From a virus (Duplodnaviria; Caudoviricetes): DNA of 64,000 nt. Positions 1-9,223 of the stretch are shown one piece after another. The stretch covers positions 1-64,000 of IMG/VR virus record IMGVR_UViG_3300030330_003269. One strand, 5' to 3'. A model generated the notes under the pieces. That model searched no databases. It was not told the origin of the DNA and saw only the letters and a program-made list of their open reading frames with translations. Made by a program: the position numbers and the translations under genes. Position 1 is the first letter of the stretch. The number at the start of each line of letters is the position of its first letter.

Positions 1-161
1 GGACATTTCAAGGAACGAGCCTAAATGTTATTTATGCTTCTTCTGTTGAGGTTGAAGAAGATATTTTAAATCTAGTTGAAGAAACAATATTAGATGGATT
101 AAAATATCTAAGATACAAAGCAGACTTTCAAGGAATAACAAGGAGCGTTTCTCATGTATAG
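1..161 (+). CDS. 3' end of hypothetical protein (truncated at window start)
   Basis: Open frame from position 3 (TFQGTSLNVIYASSVEVEEDIL...RSVSHV) to TAG at 159-161, overlapping the next ATG at 154. Confidence 0.6.
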   Translation, partial: TFQGTSLNVIYASSVEVEEDILNLVEETILDGLKYLRYKADFQGITRSVSHV

Positions 162-549
162 TAGAGATATGCTCATAGGTATTCTTCTTGGTCTTTCTAA
201 GATGGATTTTATTTTAGAAAGAAGCCCTGCATCAAAAATGGGATACATTGTTAGATTGAGTTTATCCCTAAGAGCAGATGAAAAGTTTCTTCTCGGTGTT
301 AAGAGAAGCCTATTACAACATGAAATTACCTCTTCCTACAAAGAAAAGGAAAGTAAAACACGACCAAGACCTATTCTTAAGATAGGTGGTATAAAGAATC
401 TATACAAAATAGTTGAAATGACACCGAATCTTCCCGATGCAAAAAACGAATGGACAGTATTTAGAGAAGTAGTGCATTTGGTTTCTCACGGAGAACACCG
501 TAATGCAGAAGGATTAGAAAGAATATTTGAATTAAAAGGAGTAATATGA
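154..549 (+). CDS. LAGLIDADG-fold endonuclease-like protein, probably catalytically degenerate
   Basis: N-terminal helix LIGILLGLS lacks the catalytic Asp. It is followed by GYIVRLSLSL and the C-terminal GEHRNAEGLERIFELK, typical of single-domain LAGLIDADG proteins. Confidence 0.55.
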   Translation: MYSRDMLIGILLGLSKMDFILERSPASKMGYIVRLSLSLRADEKFLLGVKRSLLQHEITSSYKEKESKTRPRPILKIGGIKNLYKIVEMTPNLPDAKNEWTVFREVVHLVSHGEHRNAEGLERIFELKGVI

Positions 550-1392
550 ATGGGATTAACCAATTACAATAAAGAAAGACCAATACTACTAACAGGAAAA
601 CACGGAACAGGCAAATCAACAAAAGCAAAGACTTTTGTGAATGACCCTATCGTGATGTATGCAAATGACATTGACTTTGATGTAGGTTCCTTTCCGATTG
701 AAAGGGGCATTATCATTGAAGATGTTCATTACAAACCTGATAAGGAAGCAATCCTTGATATTCTTCGCAGATATAGAGGCCAAATAGTTTTAACTTCTAT
801 TGACCAAAAATCTGTTCCAAAGAATATCATGGCGATGTGTAAAATTAAAAGAGCAGGAAGCAACAACTTTCTTCGTAATCAAGTGGAAACTATGGCTCCT
901 CATTCCGAGCCTCCTTTTTCTTACGAGAGAGACACTTATTCTCTTTGTTATGAATATTTGAAGGAAAGTAATCGTGATTTGATTAAAGATTTGCTTTTGT
1001 TTAACAAACCAGCCGATACGCAGATTTTATCTTGGTTGGCAGAAAATATGCACCCAAACAGGTTAATTTTTGTAGATGGAGTAGTCAAAAGGCGTTGGAG
1101 TCAGCGATATTTCTATGAGATGTTGGCGTATTCGCATCAAGGAAACATGGCAGGTCGGTTAAATATGCCGAGAAGGAGACAGTATTCTAAAATACCATTT
1201 CTTTCTCGCAAACTAGGTGTCAAAAACCCTGTTATACTGAATCAGTTATTAAAAGACCCAGAATTTAAGGAATGGGCGAAGAAAAAATTGACACACGCAG
1301 AGTGCCGACTTCTTAAAATCGGTGAAAAGAGAAAAAGAAAGAAAACAGACCCAATTGAGGTTCAACAACAAACATTGGAGGAATATATATGA
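550..1392 (+). CDS. Clamp loader large subunit-like AAA+ protein (RFC-L-like)
   Basis: Walker A GKHGTGKST, Walker B IIIEDV, C-terminal PIP-box QQTLEEYI; adjacent to the RFC small subunit. Confidence 0.65.
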   Translation: MGLTNYNKERPILLTGKHGTGKSTKAKTFVNDPIVMYANDIDFDVGSFPIERGIIIEDVHYKPDKEAILDILRRYRGQIVLTSIDQKSVPKNIMAMCKIKRAGSNNFLRNQVETMAPHSEPPFSYERDTYSLCYEYLKESNRDLIKDLLLFNKPADTQILSWLAENMHPNRLIFVDGVVKRRWSQRYFYEMLAYSHQGNMAGRLNMPRRRQYSKIPFLSRKLGVKNPVILNQLLKDPEFKEWAKKKLTHAECRLLKIGEKRKRKKTDPIEVQQQTLEEYI

Positions 1393-1649
1393 AAAAACAA
1401 TATCAAAGATTAATTCATAAAGTATTAGAAGGAGGAAAAATTATGTCATCAAGACAAATTCATGATGCAATTATTGACCTTCCTTCTTTTGAGAACAATG
1501 GTTCTAATAGGCCTTACAGAACTAAAAAAAGAGCAGTTATACCTAATTATACTGTGTTAGTTGGTATGCTGGCTAATGGTAAATATGGTTGCATTAGAGT
1601 CAATGATAAGAGCCAACAACCTGCTCTATGGAAATTAAAGGAGGAATAA
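1389..1649 (+). CDS. Small hypothetical protein, possibly winged-helix
   Basis: ORF with GGAGG RBS overlapping the upstream stop; MSSRQIHDAI helix and terminal ALWKL strand. Confidence 0.6.
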   Translation: MKKQYQRLIHKVLEGGKIMSSRQIHDAIIDLPSFENNGSNRPYRTKKRAVIPNYTVLVGMLANGKYGCIRVNDKSQQPALWKLKEE

Positions 1650-1651
1650 AA

Positions 1652-2563
1652 ATGCTATGGACAGAAAAATATAGACCAAAAACAATCAAAGAAATTAAAG
1701 GACAAGAACATTTTGTAATGGACGCTAGAAGTTGGATTGAAGAAAAAGATGTCCCTAATCTTCTATTATACGGAAATCCTGGAACTGGTAAAACAGGAGC
1801 AGGAATAGTTATAGCGAGAGAAGTATTAGGCGAAAACTTCAATGATAATTTTATTGAAGTGAATGCTTCAGATGATAGGCGTTTAGAGACTGTGCGAACT
1901 ACTATTAAGAACTATGCTCAAAGCGGAACTATCGGTGATGTTCCATTTAGAATGATTCTTCTTGATGAGATGGACGGTATGACTACTGATGCTCAAAATG
2001 CCTTGAAGAGAATTATGGAACGATATGCAAGTAATATTCGTTTCATTATTACCTGTAATGATAGAAATAAAATTATCTTTGCGCTTCAAAGCAGATGTGC
2101 AAATTATCATTTTAAACCTCTATCTAATGAGGTCATGCTTGATGTATTACAATCAATTCTCAAGCGTGAAGAAATAACCCGATTTACCGCAGACGAGATG
2201 AAGCCCTTTATATACTCTCTTCACGGTGATTTAAGACGAGGGATAACCGAACTGCAAGCGGCTAAAGCAAGCAATTCCCCTCTATCAAAACAACTTGAAA
2301 TCGGTTTGACTGAATATAACGAATTGTTAATTTTAATTACGAATAAAAATGCAAATGCTCTCAGCAAAGTTCATGATTTCTTGTATGATGGTAAGTCAGT
2401 AAGAGATATTTGTATCGGTTTGCATGACGCAGTTATTAATGCAGAGAATCTGGATTCGGCAACGAAATTTAAATTCCTACGGACATTAGGCGAAAGCGAA
2501 TGGCGTTCTAACACAATGACCCCGAAAGTGTTAGTATCATGGATGATGGGTCAATTACTATAA
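1652..2563 (+). CDS. rfcS: Replication factor C small subunit (clamp loader)
   Basis: WTEKYRP box II, GNPGTGKT Walker A, EVNASDDR, LLDEMD Walker B, ALQSRC motif, GDLRRGI sensor 2; start at ATG 1652 after GGAGG. Confidence 0.95.
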   Translation: MLWTEKYRPKTIKEIKGQEHFVMDARSWIEEKDVPNLLLYGNPGTGKTGAGIVIAREVLGENFNDNFIEVNASDDRRLETVRTTIKNYAQSGTIGDVPFRMILLDEMDGMTTDAQNALKRIMERYASNIRFIITCNDRNKIIFALQSRCANYHFKPLSNEVMLDVLQSILKREEITRFTADEMKPFIYSLHGDLRRGITELQAAKASNSPLSKQLEIGLTEYNELLILITNKNANALSKVHDFLYDGKSVRDICIGLHDAVINAENLDSATKFKFLRTLGESEWRSNTMTPKVLVSWMMGQLL

Positions 2564-2589
2564 AAACAAAAAAACAAAAGGTGAAAAAA

Positions 2590-3795
2590 ATGGATATGAA
2601 AAACCAAATTGAAGAAGGCGCAAAGGTCATTGGCTTGAGCGTTGAAGAAGCGACGAACAAATTGGAAGAGATTTGTTCCGAAAACGGCATTGAAACCTCT
2701 AACCCTATTGCATTGGGTCTTTGGAGAAACTTTGTCGCAAATACCCGACGAGCGCAGAAGTCTGGTAATGAAGAAAAGTCAAATGATTCTTTCTATAAGA
2801 GTGCATTTGGGTTCTTTGTTTCTCTTGATGCGCCAAGAGATATGATGAGTTGGAACCGAAACCAAGCAAAGGAAGAATTCATGCGTGATTCGGATAATGC
2901 TCTTGAAAAGGGTATTGTTGCAGTAGCAATTGAAAATGCTCTCGGCAAATTCACAGTTTCCCGATTCCACAAGGGAACCTATGAAGAAAAGATTGTTTCA
3001 AGTCTGCCCGATGGTGCAGAAACTCTTGAAGATGGACGAATCTACATTCCTCTTGATTCAACCGAAACCTACATGAATGGTGGTAAGAACGAATCTTTCG
3101 GTAAGCCACTACCAAAGGCACAGTTCCGACGAACAGGTATTTTCTTTGGTCAAATCGGAAATGGTGAAATGAAGCCATACTTCTTTTCTTACAAGAATCA
3201 AGGAGGGGTTGATTTCTCACCAAACACCTTTGAATGGTGTCATTTCCTTTGTGTTCTTTCAAGTGATGAAACCTCTATTTATGGTGCTAAGGATTTAACC
3301 TTTAGTAGTCTTACCATGAATGCTGAAATGGATAAGGAAAACGATTTGTATCGTGATATGTCTTCGTTTGACTTTGAAGACTGTCTGCGAAACAACTTTG
3401 ATAAGCACCTTTATCCCCTTGTTGAATTGGAAAGAGCGCACATTGAACTACAACAACTCGCTTCAAAGGAGCGTTTCGTTATTACTGATGGAACGGTGTG
3501 CAATATGAACATGACTCCAACAAAGAACGGAAACCGAATCATTAACCTAACGGATTTGAATGCTGAAATCTCTTACGATGATGATGCAATCACCACTTGC
3601 TGGATTCCTGAGCATTTGACTCTTGATTTCGGTATTGGTTCGTCTGTTATCGTTATTGGCCGAACAAGCCAACGAACAACTGATGAAGGTGTTGAACCAA
3701 TCACTATCAATGTAGCAGGTCTATATTGTGTGATTCGTCATGGTTCTGCCGTTGAAGTCGCACAACCCGTTGAGGAAGACTTTGACTGGTTTTGA
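2590..3795 (+). CDS. Single-stranded DNA-binding protein (RPA/SSB-like, OB fold)
   Basis: C-terminal OB-like beta pattern (GTVCNM...INLTD...SVIVIGR), acidic-aromatic tail EEDFDWF, position in the replication module; GGTGA RBS before ATG 2590. Confidence 0.55.
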   Translation: MDMKNQIEEGAKVIGLSVEEATNKLEEICSENGIETSNPIALGLWRNFVANTRRAQKSGNEEKSNDSFYKSAFGFFVSLDAPRDMMSWNRNQAKEEFMRDSDNALEKGIVAVAIENALGKFTVSRFHKGTYEEKIVSSLPDGAETLEDGRIYIPLDSTETYMNGGKNESFGKPLPKAQFRRTGIFFGQIGNGEMKPYFFSYKNQGGVDFSPNTFEWCHFLCVLSSDETSIYGAKDLTFSSLTMNAEMDKENDLYRDMSSFDFEDCLRNNFDKHLYPLVELERAHIELQQLASKERFVITDGTVCNMNMTPTKNGNRIINLTDLNAEISYDDDAITTCWIPEHLTLDFGIGSSVIVIGRTSQRTTDEGVEPITINVAGLYCVIRHGSAVEVAQPVEEDFDWF

Positions 3796-3872
3796 TTGAG
3801 TCTTACTCAATTTGTGTAGTCGTTGGCGACAATGACGGCCAAAAGAGGTGCGAAGCCTCTCCCTTATGGGGG
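3796..3872 (+). other. Structured intergenic RNA element (cluster of hairpins, one with a T-loop-like loop)
   Basis: TTGAGT-ctt-ACTCAA; GTCG-ttgg-CGAC; AGAGG-TGCGAAG-CCTCT; CCCT-tatg-GGGG, all within a GC-rich 77-bp gap. Confidence 0.4.
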
Positions 3873-3879
3873 TAAAATT

Positions 3880-4131
3880 ATGGAAAATTTATACAATAAA
3901 AGATATTTAATTAAAAGTAATAGTTATATGATTGATTTATTCAATGTTGATTTTATTACTTGGAAAGAAAACGAGAATGAGACAGGAACCTATTGGGTTA
4001 AACTTCACATTGGAACGAAAGAAGCCCGATATGTCTGTTCGTCTTTAGAAGAATTACATGATTTGATTAAATCATGGACTCGTCTAAGGGGAGAAGAAAT
4101 TAAAATTGAAGAAGAAGATTTAATTTGGTGA
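3880..4131 (+). CDS. Hypothetical protein
   Basis: ORF with GGGGT RBS before ATG 3880 (MENLYNKRY...). Confidence 0.7.
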   Translation: MENLYNKRYLIKSNSYMIDLFNVDFITWKENENETGTYWVKLHIGTKEARYVCSSLEELHDLIKSWTRLRGEEIKIEEEDLIW

Positions 4132-4135
4132 TAAT

Positions 4136-4954
4136 ATGGGATTAACTAGTGGAAAAAAGATTGAAGTTGATGAAGGAATGGTGAACAACGCAAGAGTTGT
4201 TGCATTTAAGGATAAGTTAGCAAAACAAACAGAAGGACGATTGGCTAGAAACAATCGTCTTATTTGTGGTATTTGGGGAGAACCAAAGACTGTTAAAAGC
4301 GGTTTGGCTCTTGATTTCCCAGATAAGCAAATTTATGTTCTTGACTGGGATGATGGTTGTGAACCAACATGGCGACAAAACCATGAAATGACCGATAGGA
4401 TTACTCTTTGGAATCCTGAAGTGCGAAACAAAAATGGTGAATTGGATATTCAAAAGTCGGAAGCAAATTCCGAAGACTTTGTTTTGTATGTTAAATCAAA
4501 GATTGAAGAGGGTGAAAATGTTCTCTTTGTTTTTGATGGTGTGGATAAATGGCTTGATTGTTGCACTTTACATGTAACTGGGTCTTCAAAGATTGGAAAG
4601 CCTCAAAAGATGAAGTTTGAATGGGGAAAGCGAAACGCTCCCTTTTATTCTCTTTTGATGATGTGTAAGAACCTTAACTGCGACCAAATCTACATCACCC
4701 ACTCAAAGGCTGATTATGGTGCAACAGGAGAAGTTATTGGTTCTAAACCAAACTGGCATAACTGGGGAGATTACCTCCATCAAATCATTACAACCCGACG
4801 AACCCGCAAAAAGAACGATGTTGTGTATAAGGCTGAATTACTCAGTAGTAAAACCAATACATCGCTTGTTGGAAAGTCTTGGGAATCATTGACCGTTGGT
4901 GGCGGAAATGTTTCTTGGGACGGTATTCCTGAAATGCGGGAGGGTAAGATTTGA
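4136..4954 (+). CDS. RecA/RadA-superfamily ATPase (Sak4/AAA_24-like recombinase)
   Basis: Variant Walker A GIWGEPKTVKS, VLDWDDG, Walker B FVFDG, IYITH; lies downstream of the SSB-like gene. Confidence 0.7.
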   Translation: MGLTSGKKIEVDEGMVNNARVVAFKDKLAKQTEGRLARNNRLICGIWGEPKTVKSGLALDFPDKQIYVLDWDDGCEPTWRQNHEMTDRITLWNPEVRNKNGELDIQKSEANSEDFVLYVKSKIEEGENVLFVFDGVDKWLDCCTLHVTGSSKIGKPQKMKFEWGKRNAPFYSLLMMCKNLNCDQIYITHSKADYGATGEVIGSKPNWHNWGDYLHQIITTRRTRKKNDVVYKAELLSSKTNTSLVGKSWESLTVGGGNVSWDGIPEMREGKI

Positions 4955-5715
4955 AATTTACAATAGATAGTGAAAAATTAGAAAAGGCATTAACCAAAGT
5001 TCAAATGAAAGGAAAAGGTATTGGTGGAAGTGGATTCGGGAATACGAGTCTTGGAAACTATGCCTCTCTGTATTTGGAAGGTAATGTTCTTTCTATTTGG
5101 AACGGCAATAATACTGTTGCCGTTAAATTAAATTTGACAGTTGAAGGTGAAGAAGATGGTAATGTCGTCATTGATACTACGAAAGTTGCTCCGTATCTTA
5201 AATCGTTCAAAGATGAAATAAATTTTGTAGTTGGAGATTTTATTCAATTAACTTCTGATACCAGAAAGGCATCTATTCCTTTGGTGGTTCGCCACCCACA
5301 AGGAGATTCTATTTCAAGAATGCGTGGTTTATTGAATCATGTAAGTTATGAGGTCATGCCTCGGATGCTTTTTACTTTTGGTAAATCAAAGTTTGAAGCG
5401 GGTATTAGTCTTATGCAGGTGCAATTACGAGATGCAATCAAAAATTGTGAATTAGTGAAAACAGGAGTATACAAATTTAATTACCACGAAGAGATTCTTT
5501 CAGTATCATCAAGAGATGGTGCGAGTAATAAATATGAAGAAACCATTGAACCTTTCTTTAACATAGGAGAATCAGCAACGGTTGAGTTTAGTGGGCCTTT
5601 GTATTCTTTGTTTGAAAAACAGCAGATGGTGAATATTTATTTGAAAGACGATTTCCCTATTCTTATGGTAGCAGAAGATAGAATGTTAGTGAAAGCACCG
5701 CAGATTAACGGGTGA
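4951..5715 (+). CDS. DNA sliding clamp (PCNA/beta-clamp fold)
   Basis: 254 aa with a two-domain clamp pattern (MKFTIDSEKLEKAL...; ...VNIYLKDDFPILM...MLVKAP); lies between RFC and PolB, whose products carry PIP boxes. Confidence 0.7.
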   Translation: MKFTIDSEKLEKALTKVQMKGKGIGGSGFGNTSLGNYASLYLEGNVLSIWNGNNTVAVKLNLTVEGEEDGNVVIDTTKVAPYLKSFKDEINFVVGDFIQLTSDTRKASIPLVVRHPQGDSISRMRGLLNHVSYEVMPRMLFTFGKSKFEAGISLMQVQLRDAIKNCELVKTGVYKFNYHEEILSVSSRDGASNKYEETIEPFFNIGESATVEFSGPLYSLFEKQQMVNIYLKDDFPILMVAEDRMLVKAPQING

Positions 5716-7388
5716 TAATAATGATTATTAATAAAATGAATGATGGAATGAGAATATACAAAGCATGGAGAGAGAACAATGAAAGAAAGTATGAGATGGT
5801 TAATTTCAGACCATATTTCTTTGTGGATGAAGAGGCTACTGAATTTCCTAGTTATTCGCCAAGTAAATATATCACTAGGGATTTTGAGTATCTTCGTGGC
5901 GATTGGACTAATCTTGAAGGGAAACCTTTGAAGAAAGTTTTTGTTGAAAACGCCAATGATATTCGTAATGCAAAGAAGATGTGGAATGAAACCTATGAAG
6001 CAGATGTTCCTTTGCATTTTCGGTATTGTGTTGATGAATTAGATGAAATGCCTGAATATAAACTGCGTAAGTGGTATTGGGATATGGAATGGCAACAAGG
6101 CGGAGAATATCACGACCAATTGACTACTATTGTTGTTTATGATAACTACGATGAGAAATACTATCAATGGGCTTGGTTTCCTAATCAAGACCAACATTGG
6201 GATTATACTTCACATGAAAGAAGTGATTGGGAAGGCCACTATTTTCCTTCTGAAAGAGAAATGATTGAACATTTTATGACTACAATGATTGTAAAAGACC
6301 CCGATATGTTAATTGCTTGGTTTGGTCATTTTGCTGATTTACCGAAATTATTTGAACGGGCGTGTGCCGTGGGTCTTGACCCTCGTATCATGTCTCCAAT
6401 TGGCTTCGTTAAGGGCGTTAAAAAGGTCAAGGATGGCTTCTCTTTCGCCTATGGTGAAAGTGGGTTCTCTCCCATTGAGCAACCCGTAGGGGGTCGCATA
6501 ACCCTCTCGTTAGACCTTGCTTTTGAAAGACAATGGAATGACAGTCAAAGAGGGACATTACCTTCTTTATCGCTTGATTACATCGGAGAGACTGTTCTTA
6601 ACAAAAAGAAATTGGTTTCTGAGAAGTTTCCAGACACTAACGAATTTTATCGCAAGGGTTGGTTAGAAGATACACAAACATACCTCAAATATGCTTTGAG
6701 AGATGTTGAATTGATGGTTGAAATTGATGAGAAAAATTTTTGTAGTGAAGCCATTCTTTCACTTCAAAGGCTATTGAAAGCACCATTTGATGCTTGTTTT
6801 TATGCTTCTCACATGGGTAGTATTTATTTTATGAGAAATGCTACTTGGAAAGCACCAACAGGAAAAAAGGTTGATGAACGCAAAGAATATGAAGGTGCGA
6901 TGATTTATGACCCATTAAGCGAAGAAACAAATGGATTACATTTGAATGTAGCCGCCTTTGATTTTGCTGGTCTATATCCTTCAATGATGATTGCTCGCAA
7001 TATCAGTTGGGAAACAAAATCAAAACAACCAACAGAATTTGCCGTGAACATTCTTACGCCAAGAGATTTTAGTGAAGTTAAATACCAAGATATGCTTTAC
7101 TATAAAACAGATAAACTTGGTCTTTTACCGAGAGCCGTTCTTGAATTGAAGGAGTTGCGAAATGAATATAAGCGACTTATGTATCAAGCACAAAAGGAGG
7201 ACAACGGCGAGTATGCAAAGTGGTATAACAATCAAATGGCTGTCAAGAGATTAATGGCTTCTTTTTATGGCATTGTTGCCTTTCAAGGATTTGGTTGGGC
7301 TGATGTTGATTTGGCTGCATCTATTACTGCAAGTGCAAGAGAAGCAATTAGACTTGCCGCATTTAAAGCAAAGGAGATGAAAATATGA
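5712..7388 (+). CDS. polB: Family B DNA polymerase, N-terminal part (3'-5' exonuclease plus motifs A and B)
   Basis: RPYFFV, YEADV, ExoI WDME, ExoIII YALRD, motif A FDFAGLYPS, motif B KRLMASFYG; ends before motif C. Confidence 0.93.
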   Translation: MIIMIINKMNDGMRIYKAWRENNERKYEMVNFRPYFFVDEEATEFPSYSPSKYITRDFEYLRGDWTNLEGKPLKKVFVENANDIRNAKKMWNETYEADVPLHFRYCVDELDEMPEYKLRKWYWDMEWQQGGEYHDQLTTIVVYDNYDEKYYQWAWFPNQDQHWDYTSHERSDWEGHYFPSEREMIEHFMTTMIVKDPDMLIAWFGHFADLPKLFERACAVGLDPRIMSPIGFVKGVKKVKDGFSFAYGESGFSPIEQPVGGRITLSLDLAFERQWNDSQRGTLPSLSLDYIGETVLNKKKLVSEKFPDTNEFYRKGWLEDTQTYLKYALRDVELMVEIDEKNFCSEAILSLQRLLKAPFDACFYASHMGSIYFMRNATWKAPTGKKVDERKEYEGAMIYDPLSEETNGLHLNVAAFDFAGLYPSMMIARNISWETKSKQPTEFAVNILTPRDFSEVKYQDMLYYKTDKLGLLPRAVLELKELRNEYKRLMYQAQKEDNGEYAKWYNNQMAVKRLMASFYGIVAFQGFGWADVDLAASITASAREAIRLAAFKAKEMKI

Positions 7389-7639
7389 GATATTATAGAC
7401 CAGAAGAAGAAGAATATTACACATTATATGATAAATTAAATGAGTATGAATATATTCACTATTATATTACAGAACACCCTTCTAAAAATAAGGTTGATAG
7501 ACAGATTATTGAGATTGAAATAGATGGAGAAAAGGTTTGTAGACTACCTTTAGTTGTTCTTTGTTGTAATTATCTCTTTCACGAAAAAATAACAGAAATT
7601 TCTGGGCCGTTTACAAAACTAGGTGATAAACATGAATAA
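7385..7639 (+). CDS. Hypothetical protein between the polB halves
   Basis: ORF overlapping the polB-N stop (ATGA). Confidence 0.6.
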   Translation: MRYYRPEEEEYYTLYDKLNEYEYIHYYITEHPSKNKVDRQIIEIEIDGEKVCRLPLVVLCCNYLFHEKITEISGPFTKLGDKHE

Positions 7640-7856
7640 ATTTTTACAAAAGTGGATTGATGAACTTATACCTGAAATGCATGATGGTTTTTCTGCAAAT
7701 CAGATGAAAGACAGACTTATTGATTATGGTAAGACTCTTAAGTATCTTGAGAATACTACCAGCATTGGTGCTTATTTATCTAAGCATAGAAGTCTTTTGA
7801 CAGTTATTGACCAAAAGAACAAAAGAACATATTGGAGGATTACAGATGAAAACTAA
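7632..7856 (+). CDS. Hypothetical protein between the polB halves
   Basis: AGGTGA RBS, ATG 7632 (MNKFLQKW...). Confidence 0.6.
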   Translation: MNKFLQKWIDELIPEMHDGFSANQMKDRLIDYGKTLKYLENTTSIGAYLSKHRSLLTVIDQKNKRTYWRITDEN

Positions 7857-8019
7857 GTATATTACAGTCAAACTGTCTTATGATAGTGAAGAAACCTATG
7901 ATATTACAATGCAGGAAGTCAAAGAGATATTTCAAATGATGAATAATCTAAAACGAAACGCTATCATTGTAGATATTGAGCAAGGTGTGAATGAAGATGA
8001 TGATGGACAGAACGAATGA
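7846..8019 (+). CDS. Hypothetical protein between the polB halves
   Basis: GGAGG RBS, ATG 7846 (MKTKYITVKLSY...). Confidence 0.6.
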   Translation: MKTKYITVKLSYDSEETYDITMQEVKEIFQMMNNLKRNAIIVDIEQGVNEDDDGQNE

Positions 8020-8128
8020 ATTGCTGGAGGAATTATTGATGATGATTAACAGAAGCAACAAAATTTTGATGATGGTCAATGTAGTTAATATTGCGACAAT
8101 CATTACATTACTGGTGGTGGTATTATGA
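7991..8128 (+). CDS. Small C-terminally membrane-anchored protein (not in ORF track)
   Basis: MKMMMDRTNELLEELLMMINRSNKILMMVNVVNIATIITLLVVVL; AGGTG RBS; stop overlaps the next ATG. Confidence 0.6.
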   Translation: MKMMMDRTNELLEELLMMINRSNKILMMVNVVNIATIITLLVVVL

Positions 8129-8325
8129 CCGATGATAGAGTATATTTAGAAACACTTAAAGAAATTAAAAAAATGAAAGAACAAATTGCAGAGGAATTAG
8201 ATTCTTTGTATGTTGATATGCAGAATCTTCAAAATCTAAAATCTCAAATTACAGAAATACAAGAAGAAGTAGCAAAATTAGCAGGCGTTCCTGTTGGGTT
8301 GCTATTTACACATTACCGAGCGTGA
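8125..8325 (+). CDS. Small coiled-coil protein
   Basis: Heptad pattern LKEIKKMKEQIAEELDSL...; coupled to the upstream ORF. Confidence 0.6.
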   Translation: MTDDRVYLETLKEIKKMKEQIAEELDSLYVDMQNLQNLKSQITEIQEEVAKLAGVPVGLLFTHYRA

Positions 8326-8329
8326 TAAA

Positions 8330-9223
8330 ATGAAAGTGGTTTATGGACATACAGATTCTATTTATGTGCAAATTGATTCCGTAGAAGCCGCACAACAAGC
8401 AATTAAGGTGATTGAAGATGAAGTCAAAAAAAGTTTCCCGAATGTTCTCGGACTTGAACAGCATCCCGTCAGTTTGGAATTTGAAAAGTTTTATTCTGCT
8501 CTTGGGGTCGGCACTACAAAAAACAGAAACGCAGGATTAATTACTTGGGATGATGGAACATGGCTTGATGAGCCAAAATTCACAATGACAGGTTTTACTG
8601 CAAAACGAGTTAGTGAAACAAAAATGGCGAAAGAGGTGCAAACTCGGACTCTTAAAATGTGGGTTGGTGAGAAAAAGCAAGAAGAAATTGTTGCTTCTCT
8701 TCATAAAACCTATGAAGAAATCATGTCTGGTAAAATGCCTCTTGATTCATTCATCAAGAGAAGCCGACTGAGAAGAAATCGCTTTGAAGTAAAATGTCCC
8801 GAATGTCGTTCAAAATTTCATTTGAAAGACTGTATCTCTATGAAATATGGGGCTTGTCCAAAGTGTGCTTCTCCAACGAAGAATTTTACTACACTTGAAG
8901 GAAAGAAGCCGTCAATTGGTTCAGGTATTGCTGGTGTTTTATATGCTTGGGAAAAATATGATGCTAATTTTGACGACTCATATTTATTTTTGAAAGTAAG
9001 GGGTGTAAATGATGTTTATACTCATCCCTTGACGCATGAAAAACGAGCCGTTGAGTTTATATCGGGAGTTGAAATGAAGGATTTTAGCGGCCTTGTTCCT
9101 GACTTGGAACACTACGCTGAACAGGTTTTGAAGAAAGCCGAGCCTATTTTTAAGGCTATGAACTGGGATTTATCCAGTATTAGAACAGGAAGAATACAAA
9201 AAACATTGGAGGAATGGTTTTGA
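8330..9223 (+). CDS. polB: Family B DNA polymerase, C-terminal part (motif C, thumb, Zn finger, PIP box)
   Basis: Starts MKVVYGHTDSIYV (motif C variant), then LEFEK, KNRNAG, a CPEC...CPKC insert and C-terminal QKTLEEWF. Confidence 0.9.
   Translation: MKVVYGHTDSIYVQIDSVEAAQQAIKVIEDEVKKSFPNVLGLEQHPVSLEFEKFYSALGVGTTKNRNAGLITWDDGTWLDEPKFTMTGFTAKRVSETKMAKEVQTRTLKMWVGEKKQEEIVASLHKTYEEIMSGKMPLDSFIKRSRLRRNRFEVKCPECRSKFHLKDCISMKYGACPKCASPTKNFTTLEGKKPSIGSGIAGVLYAWEKYDANFDDSYLFLKVRGVNDVYTHPLTHEKRAVEFISGVEMKDFSGLVPDLEHYAEQVLKKAEPIFKAMNWDLSSIRTGRIQKTLEEWF

Noticed and set aside
3811-3872. tRNA gene
   Set aside because: Only a T-arm-like hairpin is present. I could not build an acceptor stem, D-arm or anticodon arm.
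7385-8329. Intein or intron splitting PolB
   Set aside because: Neither half has C/S...HN intein termini, the gap is filled with RBS-bearing ORFs, and the C-half has its own RBS and ATG.
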